NCBI GenBank assembly: GCA_964013565.1
Contig: CAXGWU010000011.1
Coordinates: 121 to 64,120 of the forward strand
From: an uncultured Oligoflexia bacterium
GTDB lineage: Bacteria; Bdellovibrionota; UBA1018; UBA6935
DNA: 64,000 nt
Reading direction: 5' to 3'
Shown: one piece after another, positions 36,488 to 45,938 of the stretch
How positions within the stretch are numbered: position 1 is the stretch's first letter
Layout: every line of letters starts with the position of its first letter
Notes under the pieces: model-generated
Databases searched by the model: none
Seen by the model: the letters and a program-made list of their open reading frames with translations, nothing else
What the model was told of the DNA's origin: nothing
Program-made: the position numbers and the translations under genes

Positions 36488-38287
36488 GTGGGCATGCATA
36501 GTATCGCGTTTCGTCGGCGTCGTTTTTTGAACTGGTTTCCGTTAGGTCTAAGTTACGCTTTTCTTTATATGGGAAGGTATAATTTGACTGTCGCTAAAAC
36601 ATCTTTGGGACAGCTCATGACCAAAGAAGATTTTGGTATCATCTTTGGGGTTGGAACTTTTATTTATGCGCTTTCGTTCTTATTTAATGGTCCTTTGGTA
36701 GATCGAATTGGAGGACGTAAAGGAATGCTTCTTGCTCTTTTTGGGAGTACGATCGCAAATGCTTTAATGGGCTACTATCTTTACCATATTCTTTCTCTTT
36801 CAGATCCCGGCTCAGGGGCTTTGAGATGGGTTTTCTCAGGGTTATATGGAATGAATATGTATTTCCAGTCTTTTGGTGCAGTCAGTATTGTAAAAGTCAA
36901 TGCTCACTGGTTTCATGTTAAAGAAAGAGGCGGTTTTTCCGGTATTTTTGGAACGATGATTTCCTCAGGGATTTTTTTAGCTTTCACGGTAAATGGTTGG
37001 CTTTTGTCTTGGGCTGAATCTTGGGGAGAGGGATCTTATCAGTGGGTTGTCTTTGTTGCTCCTTCTATTCTTTTGGCTCTGATGTGGGCAATTGAGTGGA
37101 TGATATTAAAAGACGAACCTTCTCATGCAGGCCTAGCTCATTTGGATACGGGTGATGGAGTTGGAGTTGATTCAGGTGAACCTGTTCCAACTCGAGTGTT
37201 ATTAAAAAATATTTTAACTCATCCAATTATTATTACAGTAGCACTTGTGGAATTTTGCACAGGAGTTTTGCGAAATGGAGTTATGCATTGGTTTCCGATT
37301 TACGCAAAAGAGGTTTGGGTTTTACCTGGAAATCATTTTTTGAGATATGGAAGGTGGGATGAGCCTGTTTTAACTGGGGCTCTCTTTTTAATTGCGATTA
37401 TTTCATTAGTTTTTGGATTTAAAGCATCAGGAAAACAAAAAGCTTGGTTTTTTATTGGTGCAGCAGGAAGTTTTCTTGCTCCGTTCCTTCAAGCCGGTTG
37501 GGGAGGAATTTTATTTGTAGCAGGTGTGGTCGGTGGAAATCTTGCTGGTTGGGTTTCGGATTTATTTTTTCAAAGTAGAAGAGCTCCGTCAGCTGCAGGG
37601 TTGTATGCTGTCCTCGTTGTTTGTAGTGGGCTTATGATTTTTGCATTGGCTTCTCCAACAAATAAGGTAGCCAGTGTGAAATCAGGAGTTGGACTTCTGA
37701 CAGGAGACCGAATTCTTTCAGTCGCTGGAGTGGACACATCTGCAGGATGGGAAAAAATAGGACCAGCGATTGCCTGTATTCCTGCGACGTGTATTGATTC
37801 CATTTGGGATCAGAAAAAATGTAGATGTACTTCTTCTTCCGGAAAACGAGGAGCTCGTGTTGAATCCACCGGAAAAATCCCGATGATCATTTTAAGAAAT
37901 GGAAACAAAACGCAGATCCAGTTGAAAGATCCTCTTCCTGTTCAAAGAGCTGGAGACAAGAGAGTTTTAAAAGCAAGTCCAACCTTATCTCTGTCTCCAT
38001 TTGTATTGGGAACTTTAGTTTTTTTGATGAGTCTTTGTGTGATCGGTTCACATGGACTTCTTTCTGGAACCGCTACAATGGATTTTGGGGGAAGAAGAGG
38101 AGCTGCTACGGCTGTTGGAGTCATTGATGGATTTGTTTATGCGGGAACAGCAGTTCAGTCGGTTGCACTTGGATATTTGACTTCAGAAAATTGGAATTAT
38201 TGGCCTTTGTTTTTATTGCCTTTTGGAATCATAGGACTACTCTTGCTCTTAAAAATTTGGAATGCTTCTCCTGAGACAGCAAAATAA
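36488..38287 (+). CDS. MFS-type transporter with an inserted PDZ-like domain
   Basis: N-terminal FLNWFPLGLSYAFLYMGRYN and multiple TM helices. Residues ~395-480 read GVGLLTGDRILSVAGVDTSAGWEKIG…KIPMIILRNGNKTQIQLKD, a PDZ-like pattern. Flanking segment is Cys-rich: CIPATCIDSIWDQKKCRC. Confidence 0.55.
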   Translation: MGMHSIAFRRRRFLNWFPLGLSYAFLYMGRYNLTVAKTSLGQLMTKEDFGIIFGVGTFIYALSFLFNGPLVDRIGGRKGMLLALFGSTIANALMGYYLYHILSLSDPGSGALRWVFSGLYGMNMYFQSFGAVSIVKVNAHWFHVKERGGFSGIFGTMISSGIFLAFTVNGWLLSWAESWGEGSYQWVVFVAPSILLALMWAIEWMILKDEPSHAGLAHLDTGDGVGVDSGEPVPTRVLLKNILTHPIIITVALVEFCTGVLRNGVMHWFPIYAKEVWVLPGNHFLRYGRWDEPVLTGALFLIAIISLVFGFKASGKQKAWFFIGAAGSFLAPFLQAGWGGILFVAGVVGGNLAGWVSDLFFQSRRAPSAAGLYAVLVVCSGLMIFALASPTNKVASVKSGVGLLTGDRILSVAGVDTSAGWEKIGPAIACIPATCIDSIWDQKKCRCTSSSGKRGARVESTGKIPMIILRNGNKTQIQLKDPLPVQRAGDKRVLKASPTLSLSPFVLGTLVFLMSLCVIGSHGLLSGTATMDFGGRRGAATAVGVIDGFVYAGTAVQSVALGYLTSENWNYWPLFLLPFGIIGLLLLLKIWNASPETAK

Positions 38288-38331
38288 AATTAAGGTTGAT
38301 ATGTTTTTATGAATTTACATAAAAGGAGAAA

Positions 38332-38586
38332 ATGATGTCAACGAGGGTTAAAATTTATACAAAAGTAACTTGTCCCTACTGTATTATGGCTAAAAATTTA
38401 TTAAAAAAACGGGGAATCGAGTTTGAAGAAACTGTGGTGACACAAAATAACTTTGATTATTCAGCTTTATGTAAAAAAAGTGGAATGAATACGGTGCCAC
38501 AAATCTTTTTAGAAGATCAACTCATTGGTGGATTTGATCAACTCAATCATATGGATCAAACTCAAGGTTTGGATTCATTGAAATGA
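38332..38586 (+). CDS. grxC: Glutaredoxin (dithiol, CPYC)
   Basis: KIYTKVTCPYCIMAKNLL active site. Also TVPQIF and GGFDQL motifs. Confidence 0.8.
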   Translation: MMSTRVKIYTKVTCPYCIMAKNLLKKRGIEFEETVVTQNNFDYSALCKKSGMNTVPQIFLEDQLIGGFDQLNHMDQTQGLDSLK

Positions 38587-39350
38587 CTGAAACGTTGAGT
38601 AAAGCATAGAGAGAAGAGCGACTCCCATGACCGTTGTGTATACGCCGACTCTGATTTTATTCATTTGTTCGTGTGGAAGTGCTTTAATCAGTCTTTTTGT
38701 GAGAGCAACCGATAGCCATACTCCCAGTGTGAGGCCAAGCATTTTTTGAGTTGTGAATATTTTTTCAAATTGATCAGACTGACTATATGCACCGACCATT
38801 GCTGTTGAAGAGATGGTGAGAAGACTGGTAGGGATTGCATAAGGAAGAGGGACTTTGATGGGGCCTAAAAGAAGAGGCATGATTAAAACTCCTCCTCCGA
38901 GGCCAGTAAAAATAGTAATCATAGCTACACCTAATCCAGATAAGAATATTTTCTGTAAGTCTTTCCATTTAAATTTAGGTTTTTCCGTGTCGAAGTTTTT
39001 ACTTCCGGTTAAATTTTTCCAATAGGTAATTAAGCTGTAAAGTGTAACAAGTAGAAACGCAATTTGAGTGCTCCCAGAAGGTAACATCGCTTTTACGGGT
39101 TTTAGAATTTGAATAAAAATAAAAGCGACTAAAAAAATTCCAAAACTAAAGGGATAAAGAGTGTTTTGTCGCTGTCCCCACCAATTTGAGAGTGCGGCAA
39201 CAGAAACGGCAATAAGGGAAGCAACAGTCGCTGTCACTGGATCATACCCCAATCCATAGATAAAAAGAGGAACTGCAATTGTACCTCCACCTGCTCCAGA
39301 AACACCCATGATGATACCTACTAGTACTCCAAAAAGACTCCATTCAATCA
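38575..39350 (-). CDS. TauE/SafE-family sulfite/anion exporter membrane protein
   Basis: Two-repeat polytopic membrane protein with the G-rich helix GVSGAGGGTIAVPLF and a second GGGVLIMPLLLG. Preferred start is the ATG at 39350. Confidence 0.6.
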
Positions 39351-39433
39351 TCGTATTTGTTCCTCTGTTTAGACATTTCATTTGATAGAGTGAAATGTTG
39401 ATTTTGTGAATATTCTATGAGTCAATCTCATTT

Positions 39434-39850
39434 ATGAAAATTCATTGGATTGTGCTTCCTCTATTTTTACAAGTTGTTTTAACGTGGTTTGTCGCTATTG
39501 TAAATGTTCGAATGCGTATTGCATCAGTTCGAGAAAAAAAGGTATCTATAAAATATTATAAGACTTATGAAGGTTCGTCTTTGCCTTCTGAAATGATTCA
39601 AGCTTCGAGAAATTATGCAAATTTATTTGAGTTGCCGACCTTATTTTTTGCGGGAGTAATTCTAACAATCGTTTTAGAGAAGGTTGATGTGTTTTCAGTG
39701 GGAGTCTGTTGGTTGTTTTTCTTCTCTCGAGTGATTCATTCAGTTGTTCACTTGACCTATAACAATGTTCTTCATCGGTTATTCGTATTTGTAATTGGCT
39801 GGGTAAGTGTCATGGTCTTATGGACTTATTTGATGATTCAAATTTGGTAA
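39434..39850 (+). CDS. Small 4-TM membrane protein (MAPEG-like)
   Basis: 138 aa with four hydrophobic helices. RVIHSVVHLTYNNVLHRLFVF resembles the MAPEG family; weak. Confidence 0.35.
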   Translation: MKIHWIVLPLFLQVVLTWFVAIVNVRMRIASVREKKVSIKYYKTYEGSSLPSEMIQASRNYANLFELPTLFFAGVILTIVLEKVDVFSVGVCWLFFFSRVIHSVVHLTYNNVLHRLFVFVIGWVSVMVLWTYLMIQIW

Positions 39851-40001
39851 TATTCATTACTTTAAGTCTGAAACTCCTTTTGCAGCATGGTATGAACCTC
39901 GAACTGACCAAGGAGGTGCAGACAATGATGAGACCATTTTATACGGTTTTGATTGACTCATTTCACTTGCCCCGGTTCTTTCTTTTGTTTATTCAAAGAG
40001 A

Positions 40002-40697
40002 ATGTCGAATTTTCCAGAATCACTTCCGGTAGGTTGGAAGAAACAGTTATCAGCAGAGAAACAAAAACCTTATTTTAAAAAACTTTGTCAGTTTTTAAAG
40101 CATGAGTATGGATCTTCTGTTTCTATTTTTCCTGAACGAAAAAATATTTTAAGAGCATTTAAAGAAGTTGATTTTTCAGAAGTTAAGGTGGTGATTTTAG
40201 GACAAGATCCTTATCATGGTCCATCTCAAGCGATTGGTTTGAGTTTTGGTGTGCCCGCTTCTGTTTTTCCGAAACCACCGAGTTTAAAGAATATTTTTAA
40301 AGAAATCAAAAGTGACTTAGGTATTGAGTTTGATGAGAGTCAAAGTGAGTTATCTGGATGGGCTGAACAAGGGGTTCTTTTGCTCAATACTGTTTTGACC
40401 GTAAGGCGTTCTCAAGCGTTTTCTCATCGTGATCAAGGCTGGGAAAACTTTACGGATCAAGCGATTCGTTGCTTAAATGAACGAAAGGATCCAGTTGTTT
40501 TTATTTTATGGGGTTCTGCAGCGCAAAAGAAAAAGAGCTTAATTACTAATAAACATCATTACTTTTTAGAGTCTCCTCATCCTTCTCCTTTATCTGCACA
40601 TCGAGGTTTTTTAGGATGTCGACATTTTTCTCGAGCAAATCAAATTCTTGAAAGTATCGGAAAAAAACCAATTGATTGGTCGCAAACAGTAGCTTAG
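40002..40697 (+). CDS. ung: Uracil-DNA glycosylase (family 1)
   Basis: VVILGQDPYHGPSQAIGLSF water-activating loop. C-terminal HPSPLSAHRGF motif. Confidence 0.88.
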   Translation: MSNFPESLPVGWKKQLSAEKQKPYFKKLCQFLKHEYGSSVSIFPERKNILRAFKEVDFSEVKVVILGQDPYHGPSQAIGLSFGVPASVFPKPPSLKNIFKEIKSDLGIEFDESQSELSGWAEQGVLLLNTVLTVRRSQAFSHRDQGWENFTDQAIRCLNERKDPVVFILWGSAAQKKKSLITNKHHYFLESPHPSPLSAHRGFLGCRHFSRANQILESIGKKPIDWSQTVA

Positions 40698-40846
40698 TTA
40701 AATTGTTTATCATGTTTCATTTTTTTATTTAGAAGGAAATGAAGTATTCATCATAGAATTTTTATGGCAAGATCTGGCGTTATTGATAATATTAGAAAGA
40801 TGTCTTTTTAAAGCTTCAGATCATGAAGAGTAAAAATGGGGGTGAA

Positions 40847-41212
40847 ATGGCTACAGTGTTGATTGTAGAAGATGAGAAAGATCTTTGCGAGTTAATTGCT
40901 TCTCAGATTGAACTCATTGGTTTGAATGCAGAGACTTCTTTTAGTGCTGAAGATGCATTTGAAAAAATAACTTCGGGTAAAAAATTTGATCTAGTCATTA
41001 CTGATATTCGTCTTCCGGGGATGGATGGAATGGAGTTTATCCGAAAAGTAAAAGAAGAAAGAAATGAAATTCCTGATTTTTTCGTGATGACTGGATTTTC
41101 AGACTATCAACCCGAAGAAATAAATTGTGAAGTCGGTAATCATCTCTATCTGAAACCTGGTGGTTTAAGTGATTTAATTGGTGATATCAAAGCTTATTTT
41201 TCAGTCTTATAG
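40847..41212 (+). CDS. Single-domain response regulator (CheY-like receiver)
   Basis: VLIVEDEKD…FDLVITDIRLPGMDGMEF receiver motifs; 122 aa from the ATG at 40847. Confidence 0.65.
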   Translation: MATVLIVEDEKDLCELIASQIELIGLNAETSFSAEDAFEKITSGKKFDLVITDIRLPGMDGMEFIRKVKEERNEIPDFFVMTGFSDYQPEEINCEVGNHLYLKPGGLSDLIGDIKAYFSVL

Positions 41213-41329
41213 CGAGGGTGTGTCTTTTTTAACCCTATTTTTTTAAGGAAATTTCAAATTTATTTGAATTGACTCTTTTAGTCAGGTAAAATAAGAGTAT
41301 CTCTTTTTGATTAAGATAAAGGAGGACTC

Positions 41330-42325
41330 ATGAAATTTGAGTTCCTAAAAACAAAAGTCTTCTTGCTGTGCGTATGTTCTATTCTTACTCGTTGTGGGAA
41401 TATTCAAATCACAAATGGAAATGGATCGTCTTCATCAGCATCAAGTACTACAAATGCTTTGAATGATGAATTTAGTACTACGTTTGATCTTCTTGCGTCC
41501 GCTCATTCCACATGGAGTGTTTTAGGGTTTCCGGTTGATGCAACTCATACGTCGACTCGTGCTCTTACCATGGATATTGATACGACCAAAGCCGGTTGGG
41601 CAGTTATTATTCCTCAAGAAACAAATTATTATTCCTGGTTTCAAGATTACTGGGGACCATTAATGTATAAAAATGTAACTGGTAACTTTGTTGTGGTGAC
41701 TCATCTGAGAGTTGTCGACAAAACAAATACTTCAGCCGCACCTGCGCTGGGTTACAATGCAGGTGGAATTGTCATTAGAGATCCAGCAGGAACTCACTCC
41801 AGTGATGAGAACTGGGTGATGTACAATTTAGGAGGACAGTCGGCTTCAGGGATTTCTCCTGATCCAGGTTTTGCAAGAGAAATCAAAAAAACGCTCAACA
41901 GTGCTTCTGAGTTATTCTTAAATCCACATCCTCCTGCAGATGGCTTAGAAGAGCATATGCTTATTTGTCGTGTGGGTAATATCTTTCGTTTTTATTACTG
42001 GGATAATACTGATGGTAATTGGAGACAAGAAGCTTATTACAACGCGTATAATTTAAACGGAACCTCTACGAGTACTGGGTCTGCAACAGGCCCTACTTTT
42101 ACAGGAAGTGAATTTGCTGCTATTCCACCGGCAAGTGGTTCTTCAACGCCAATCTACTTTGATCATTCAAGTATGCCAAGTACGGTTCAAGTTGGAATTA
42201 TGGGACATACTTATAATGGAACTCACAATACAAGAGCTGAATTTGATTATGTTCGATTCGCTAGTACAGCTCCTACTTCAGAATCTGATTGTTTAACTGA
42301 GTTCTCAAATTTAGGAAATGAATAA
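41330..42325 (+). CDS. Hypothetical lipoprotein/secreted protein
   Basis: MKFEFLKTKVFLLCVCSILTRCGN signal. S/T-rich linker. Confidence 0.4.
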   Translation: MKFEFLKTKVFLLCVCSILTRCGNIQITNGNGSSSSASSTTNALNDEFSTTFDLLASAHSTWSVLGFPVDATHTSTRALTMDIDTTKAGWAVIIPQETNYYSWFQDYWGPLMYKNVTGNFVVVTHLRVVDKTNTSAAPALGYNAGGIVIRDPAGTHSSDENWVMYNLGGQSASGISPDPGFAREIKKTLNSASELFLNPHPPADGLEEHMLICRVGNIFRFYYWDNTDGNWRQEAYYNAYNLNGTSTSTGSATGPTFTGSEFAAIPPASGSSTPIYFDHSSMPSTVQVGIMGHTYNGTHNTRAEFDYVRFASTAPTSESDCLTEFSNLGNE

Positions 42326-42360
42326 ACCTTTTTAAGGTTCTAACGATTCCGAGGTAGTAC

Positions 42361-44142
42361 GTGAAGTTGTTAAATTTTAGTATAAAAAATAAAAATAGAA
42401 TTTGGGTAGTTTTACTTCTCGTTCTTACTTCTGGTTGTGAACAAGTAACACAGTTTTTGTCGAGTGAAGAAGTTGAAGCGAAGAGAAAGCAAATTTTGTC
42501 TGCAGGAAAATACAGTCCATCGCTTTATACCTGTACCCAAGAAGATGCTCCTCAAGACCGTAAGACTCTTCGAAGGCTTTCTAAAGTAGAGTACCGCAAC
42601 ACCTTGTATGCGCTGACTAGTTTTTTAAATGCATCAGATCGAACATCTCTTTGGAATGATCTTCAGGCATTGATTACTTTAGTTCCAGAAGATGCTTCAG
42701 AACAATTTAAAGATGCAGATGTAAATCTCACTCAAGGTCACTCAGATCGATATTATGATATTGCAAAAGAGTTTGCTGATTTTGTGGTTGCAAGTAACTC
42801 TAGAATGACTGCTCTTGTAGGGCATTCATGTATTACAGCAGCCAGCCCTGCAACAGCTTGTATTGACTATTTTATTGATCAATTCGGATTAAAAACTCAT
42901 CGACGTCCGATTACAAGTTCTGAACGAACTATTTATAGAAACTTTTTTAATGCAGAAACAAACCCTGTTCGAGCTTTGATTATTCGATTTTTAATGTCAC
43001 CTGAGTTTTTATATCATGTCGAGCTTTCTGGTGCTGATATTGGAAATGATACTTTGGAGTTGACCTCCTACGAATTTGCCAGTCGGTTAAGCTATGCATA
43101 CTTAAAAACGATGCCTGATTCGACTCTTTTTTCTATGGCAGCTGACAACTCAATTTTAACTGATACAGGACTAGAGAGTGCCTTAGATCACCTTTTGGAT
43201 AATCAAAGAACTTTAGCAAGACAAGTATCAGCTGATTTTTATAATCAATGGCTTCATCTCAATGAGGTACCGGGAATTAATACTTCAAATACAAATGCGT
43301 TTTCAAGTTTTGCTCCTACTTTTATTGGGCAAGAAGACGCGCTTAGAGATGCTATGATCGAAGAGATTGAGGACTTTACTGATCTTCAGACGTGGGACTG
43401 GCAAGGAAGTGTTGACGATCTTTATCAAAGTCGATCTTCAGTCACTCAGTCATCACTTCTTGCTTCTCTTTATGGCGTTTCTACTTGGAATGGTGCAGGA
43501 AATCCACCTCAGTTTGATGAATCAAGTGATCGAAGTGGACTTCTGAGTCGAGCAGGAATGCTGGTTTCAGGAATTCATGAGACAGGTCCTATTCATCGAG
43601 GAGTTCATATTAGAAGAGATATTTTGTGTGACGATCTTCCAGATCCTCCTACAGATCTACCTCCCAATTCAATCATTCCTCCTCCTTTTGATCCTTCTTT
43701 AACGACAAGAGAAAGAACTGCTCAAAAGACTTCACCTGCTCAATGTGCATTTTGCCATTCTCAAATTAATCCTTTGGGATTTATTTTAGAGCGCTTTGAT
43801 GGTTTAGGAAGAGAGCGGAGTCAAGAACAGATTATCTACTCTAATGGTTCATTGGGTCCGAATCATTCAATTAACACCGCTGTAGCTCCTAATATCTATT
43901 TTGGAGATACAGAGACAATCTCGTCTCAAAAGCAGATGGTGGAAAGAATGATATCGAGTAAAAAATTAAATCTTTGTTTTGTAAAAAAATACTACATGTT
44001 TTTAGAGAAAAAAGAGAATATAGATCAAAATCAATGTGTTTTAAAGGGAATGTATGATGCACTTGATGTACAAGGTGGCAGTATCTATCAAATGCTTCGA
44101 GCTTATGGACGACAACCCGCACTTCGGTTAAAAAAGATTTAA
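42361..44142 (+). CDS. DUF1592/DUF1588-like secreted protein (partner of a DUF1552 protein), CxxCH-containing
   Basis: GTG start. Lipobox VLLLVLTSGCEQ. C-terminal CAFCH motif. It is immediately followed by a Tat-signal DUF1552-like gene, a pairing typical of this family set. Confidence 0.4.
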   Translation: MKLLNFSIKNKNRIWVVLLLVLTSGCEQVTQFLSSEEVEAKRKQILSAGKYSPSLYTCTQEDAPQDRKTLRRLSKVEYRNTLYALTSFLNASDRTSLWNDLQALITLVPEDASEQFKDADVNLTQGHSDRYYDIAKEFADFVVASNSRMTALVGHSCITAASPATACIDYFIDQFGLKTHRRPITSSERTIYRNFFNAETNPVRALIIRFLMSPEFLYHVELSGADIGNDTLELTSYEFASRLSYAYLKTMPDSTLFSMAADNSILTDTGLESALDHLLDNQRTLARQVSADFYNQWLHLNEVPGINTSNTNAFSSFAPTFIGQEDALRDAMIEEIEDFTDLQTWDWQGSVDDLYQSRSSVTQSSLLASLYGVSTWNGAGNPPQFDESSDRSGLLSRAGMLVSGIHETGPIHRGVHIRRDILCDDLPDPPTDLPPNSIIPPPFDPSLTTRERTAQKTSPAQCAFCHSQINPLGFILERFDGLGRERSQEQIIYSNGSLGPNHSINTAVAPNIYFGDTETISSQKQMVERMISSKKLNLCFVKKYYMFLEKKENIDQNQCVLKGMYDALDVQGGSIYQMLRAYGRQPALRLKKI

Positions 44143-44149
44143 GTAGGAT

Positions 44150-45703
44150 TTGGAGATTTTCAATATGAAATGGAATAGAATTACCAGAAGACATTTTTTA
44201 CAGGGAGTGGGAGGAGCTGCTTTAACACTTCCATTTCTTCCATCTCTTTTAACCAAGGAACTTCTTGGAAGTGGAGGGACTCCTCCAAAACGTTTTATTG
44301 CTTTGATGTCACAAAATGGTGCAATTCAAGATTATAATTTGTATCCAGCAGCCCTTCCTATGAATAGTTTTTCTGTTCCTAATGGGCATAATGCTCATTC
44401 AGACACGTTAATCAATATCTTGGGTGCTCAATCAGAACTTTCTCCAGTTTTAGGTTCTTTTTTAAATCCTTATCTGAGTAAAATGAATATCATTCGTGGA
44501 CTTGATTGGAGATTCAGAATAGGTCATCACTATGGTGCTAATTTAGGGAACGTCGCAGGAAGTGTTCCTGTAGAGGGAGGAAATAATATCAATAGTTTTA
44601 CTCCCATGGCTACCATTGATCAATTGATGGCTTACTCTAACGCTGTTTATCCTACAATGTCAGGGATAGCAGAGCGTTCGATGATTATTAATCCTTTGGG
44701 ATCGCAAGGTTTATCTTACAGTTACCAAGATCCATTTAATAAAACGGGTGATGTTTCTTTGCTCCCGACTATCAGTAATCCGAGAGTTTTATTTAATACC
44801 TTGTTTTCTTCTATCATAGCGGCTCAGTCAGAGGGAAGTGGTCCAAGTGATGGTTCTATTTTTAATGCTGTATATGAAGATTTTCAAAGACTATGGAATA
44901 ATTCAAGACTTGGAAGTGAAGATCGACAGCGACTTGATAGTCATATGAACTTTTTATCAGAAACCGAGTCTAAAGTGAATCAAGTTAATGGAAGTTGTAG
45001 TGTTCCAGCGACTCCTCCCGATATTAATCATATTTATACGGCTGATTTGGCGACAGTGGAAGCTTCCTACCAGGCATTTAATGATGTGATTGCAGCGGCA
45101 ATTCGTTGTGATATTTCTAGACTTGCAACCATTCATATTTCAAAAGTTTTAGATATACCTGGTTCGAATTCTCCTGGAGGATGGCATTTTATTTCTCATA
45201 ATGCGAATGAAACAGATCAACAGGCGATGATTTCTACGATTAACCGTTGGATATTTGAAAAGATAGTTTCTGATTTAGTGAGTAAACTTGATGTTACTGA
45301 AAGTGGAGATTCTACTTATTTAGATAATTCATTAGTTTTCTACTCTAATGAACATTCTTCAGTCCATAGTAGTGTCACAGTTCCTTCGATTACTTTTGGA
45401 GGAGCAGGGGGAAGTTTAGAAACGGGGTTATATTTAGATTATCGAAATCGAAACGCAAATGGATTTAGTGTGGAAGATGATGGATTTCCTCTAGAAAAAC
45501 CAGGGGTGCTTTATAATCGTTGGTTAATTACCATGCTTCAAGCCATGGGAATGAGTCCTTCGGACTATGAAAGAGCAGGGCAATTGGGATATGGCGACCG
45601 AATGGAAGATGTCAGAAGTTACGTCGCAAATCAACGCTCTGGGTTTTATGACGGAGATTTAGCAAATATTGGTCTACCTTTGTCAGAGCTTCTCTCTTCT
45701 TAA
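44150..45703 (+). CDS. DUF1552-family protein with twin-arginine (Tat) signal
   Basis: MKWNRITRRHFLQGVGGAALTLPFLPSLL matches the DUF1552 N-terminal Tat consensus (RRxFLxGxGxxALxLPxL). Confidence 0.5.
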   Translation: MEIFNMKWNRITRRHFLQGVGGAALTLPFLPSLLTKELLGSGGTPPKRFIALMSQNGAIQDYNLYPAALPMNSFSVPNGHNAHSDTLINILGAQSELSPVLGSFLNPYLSKMNIIRGLDWRFRIGHHYGANLGNVAGSVPVEGGNNINSFTPMATIDQLMAYSNAVYPTMSGIAERSMIINPLGSQGLSYSYQDPFNKTGDVSLLPTISNPRVLFNTLFSSIIAAQSEGSGPSDGSIFNAVYEDFQRLWNNSRLGSEDRQRLDSHMNFLSETESKVNQVNGSCSVPATPPDINHIYTADLATVEASYQAFNDVIAAAIRCDISRLATIHISKVLDIPGSNSPGGWHFISHNANETDQQAMISTINRWIFEKIVSDLVSKLDVTESGDSTYLDNSLVFYSNEHSSVHSSVTVPSITFGGAGGSLETGLYLDYRNRNANGFSVEDDGFPLEKPGVLYNRWLITMLQAMGMSPSDYERAGQLGYGDRMEDVRSYVANQRSGFYDGDLANIGLPLSELLSS

Positions 45704-45938
45704 TGTGAAACCATCCATGGATATCGTTTGTTTTTGTTCATAAAATTCGATAGTTTCGAACGCCTGTTCGTTTGCGTTGATTAATGCAGCTTTAATTTTT
45801 TGTCTTGTTTTAATAGAACCTCATTTTATGCAATCTATTGAGTATAAAAAATAGACTTTTTTTATCTAGTAAAAATCAAACCATTCCTCATGAGCTTTAT
45901 AAATATGGTAAGGATGAATTCAAAATAAAGAGAAGGAT

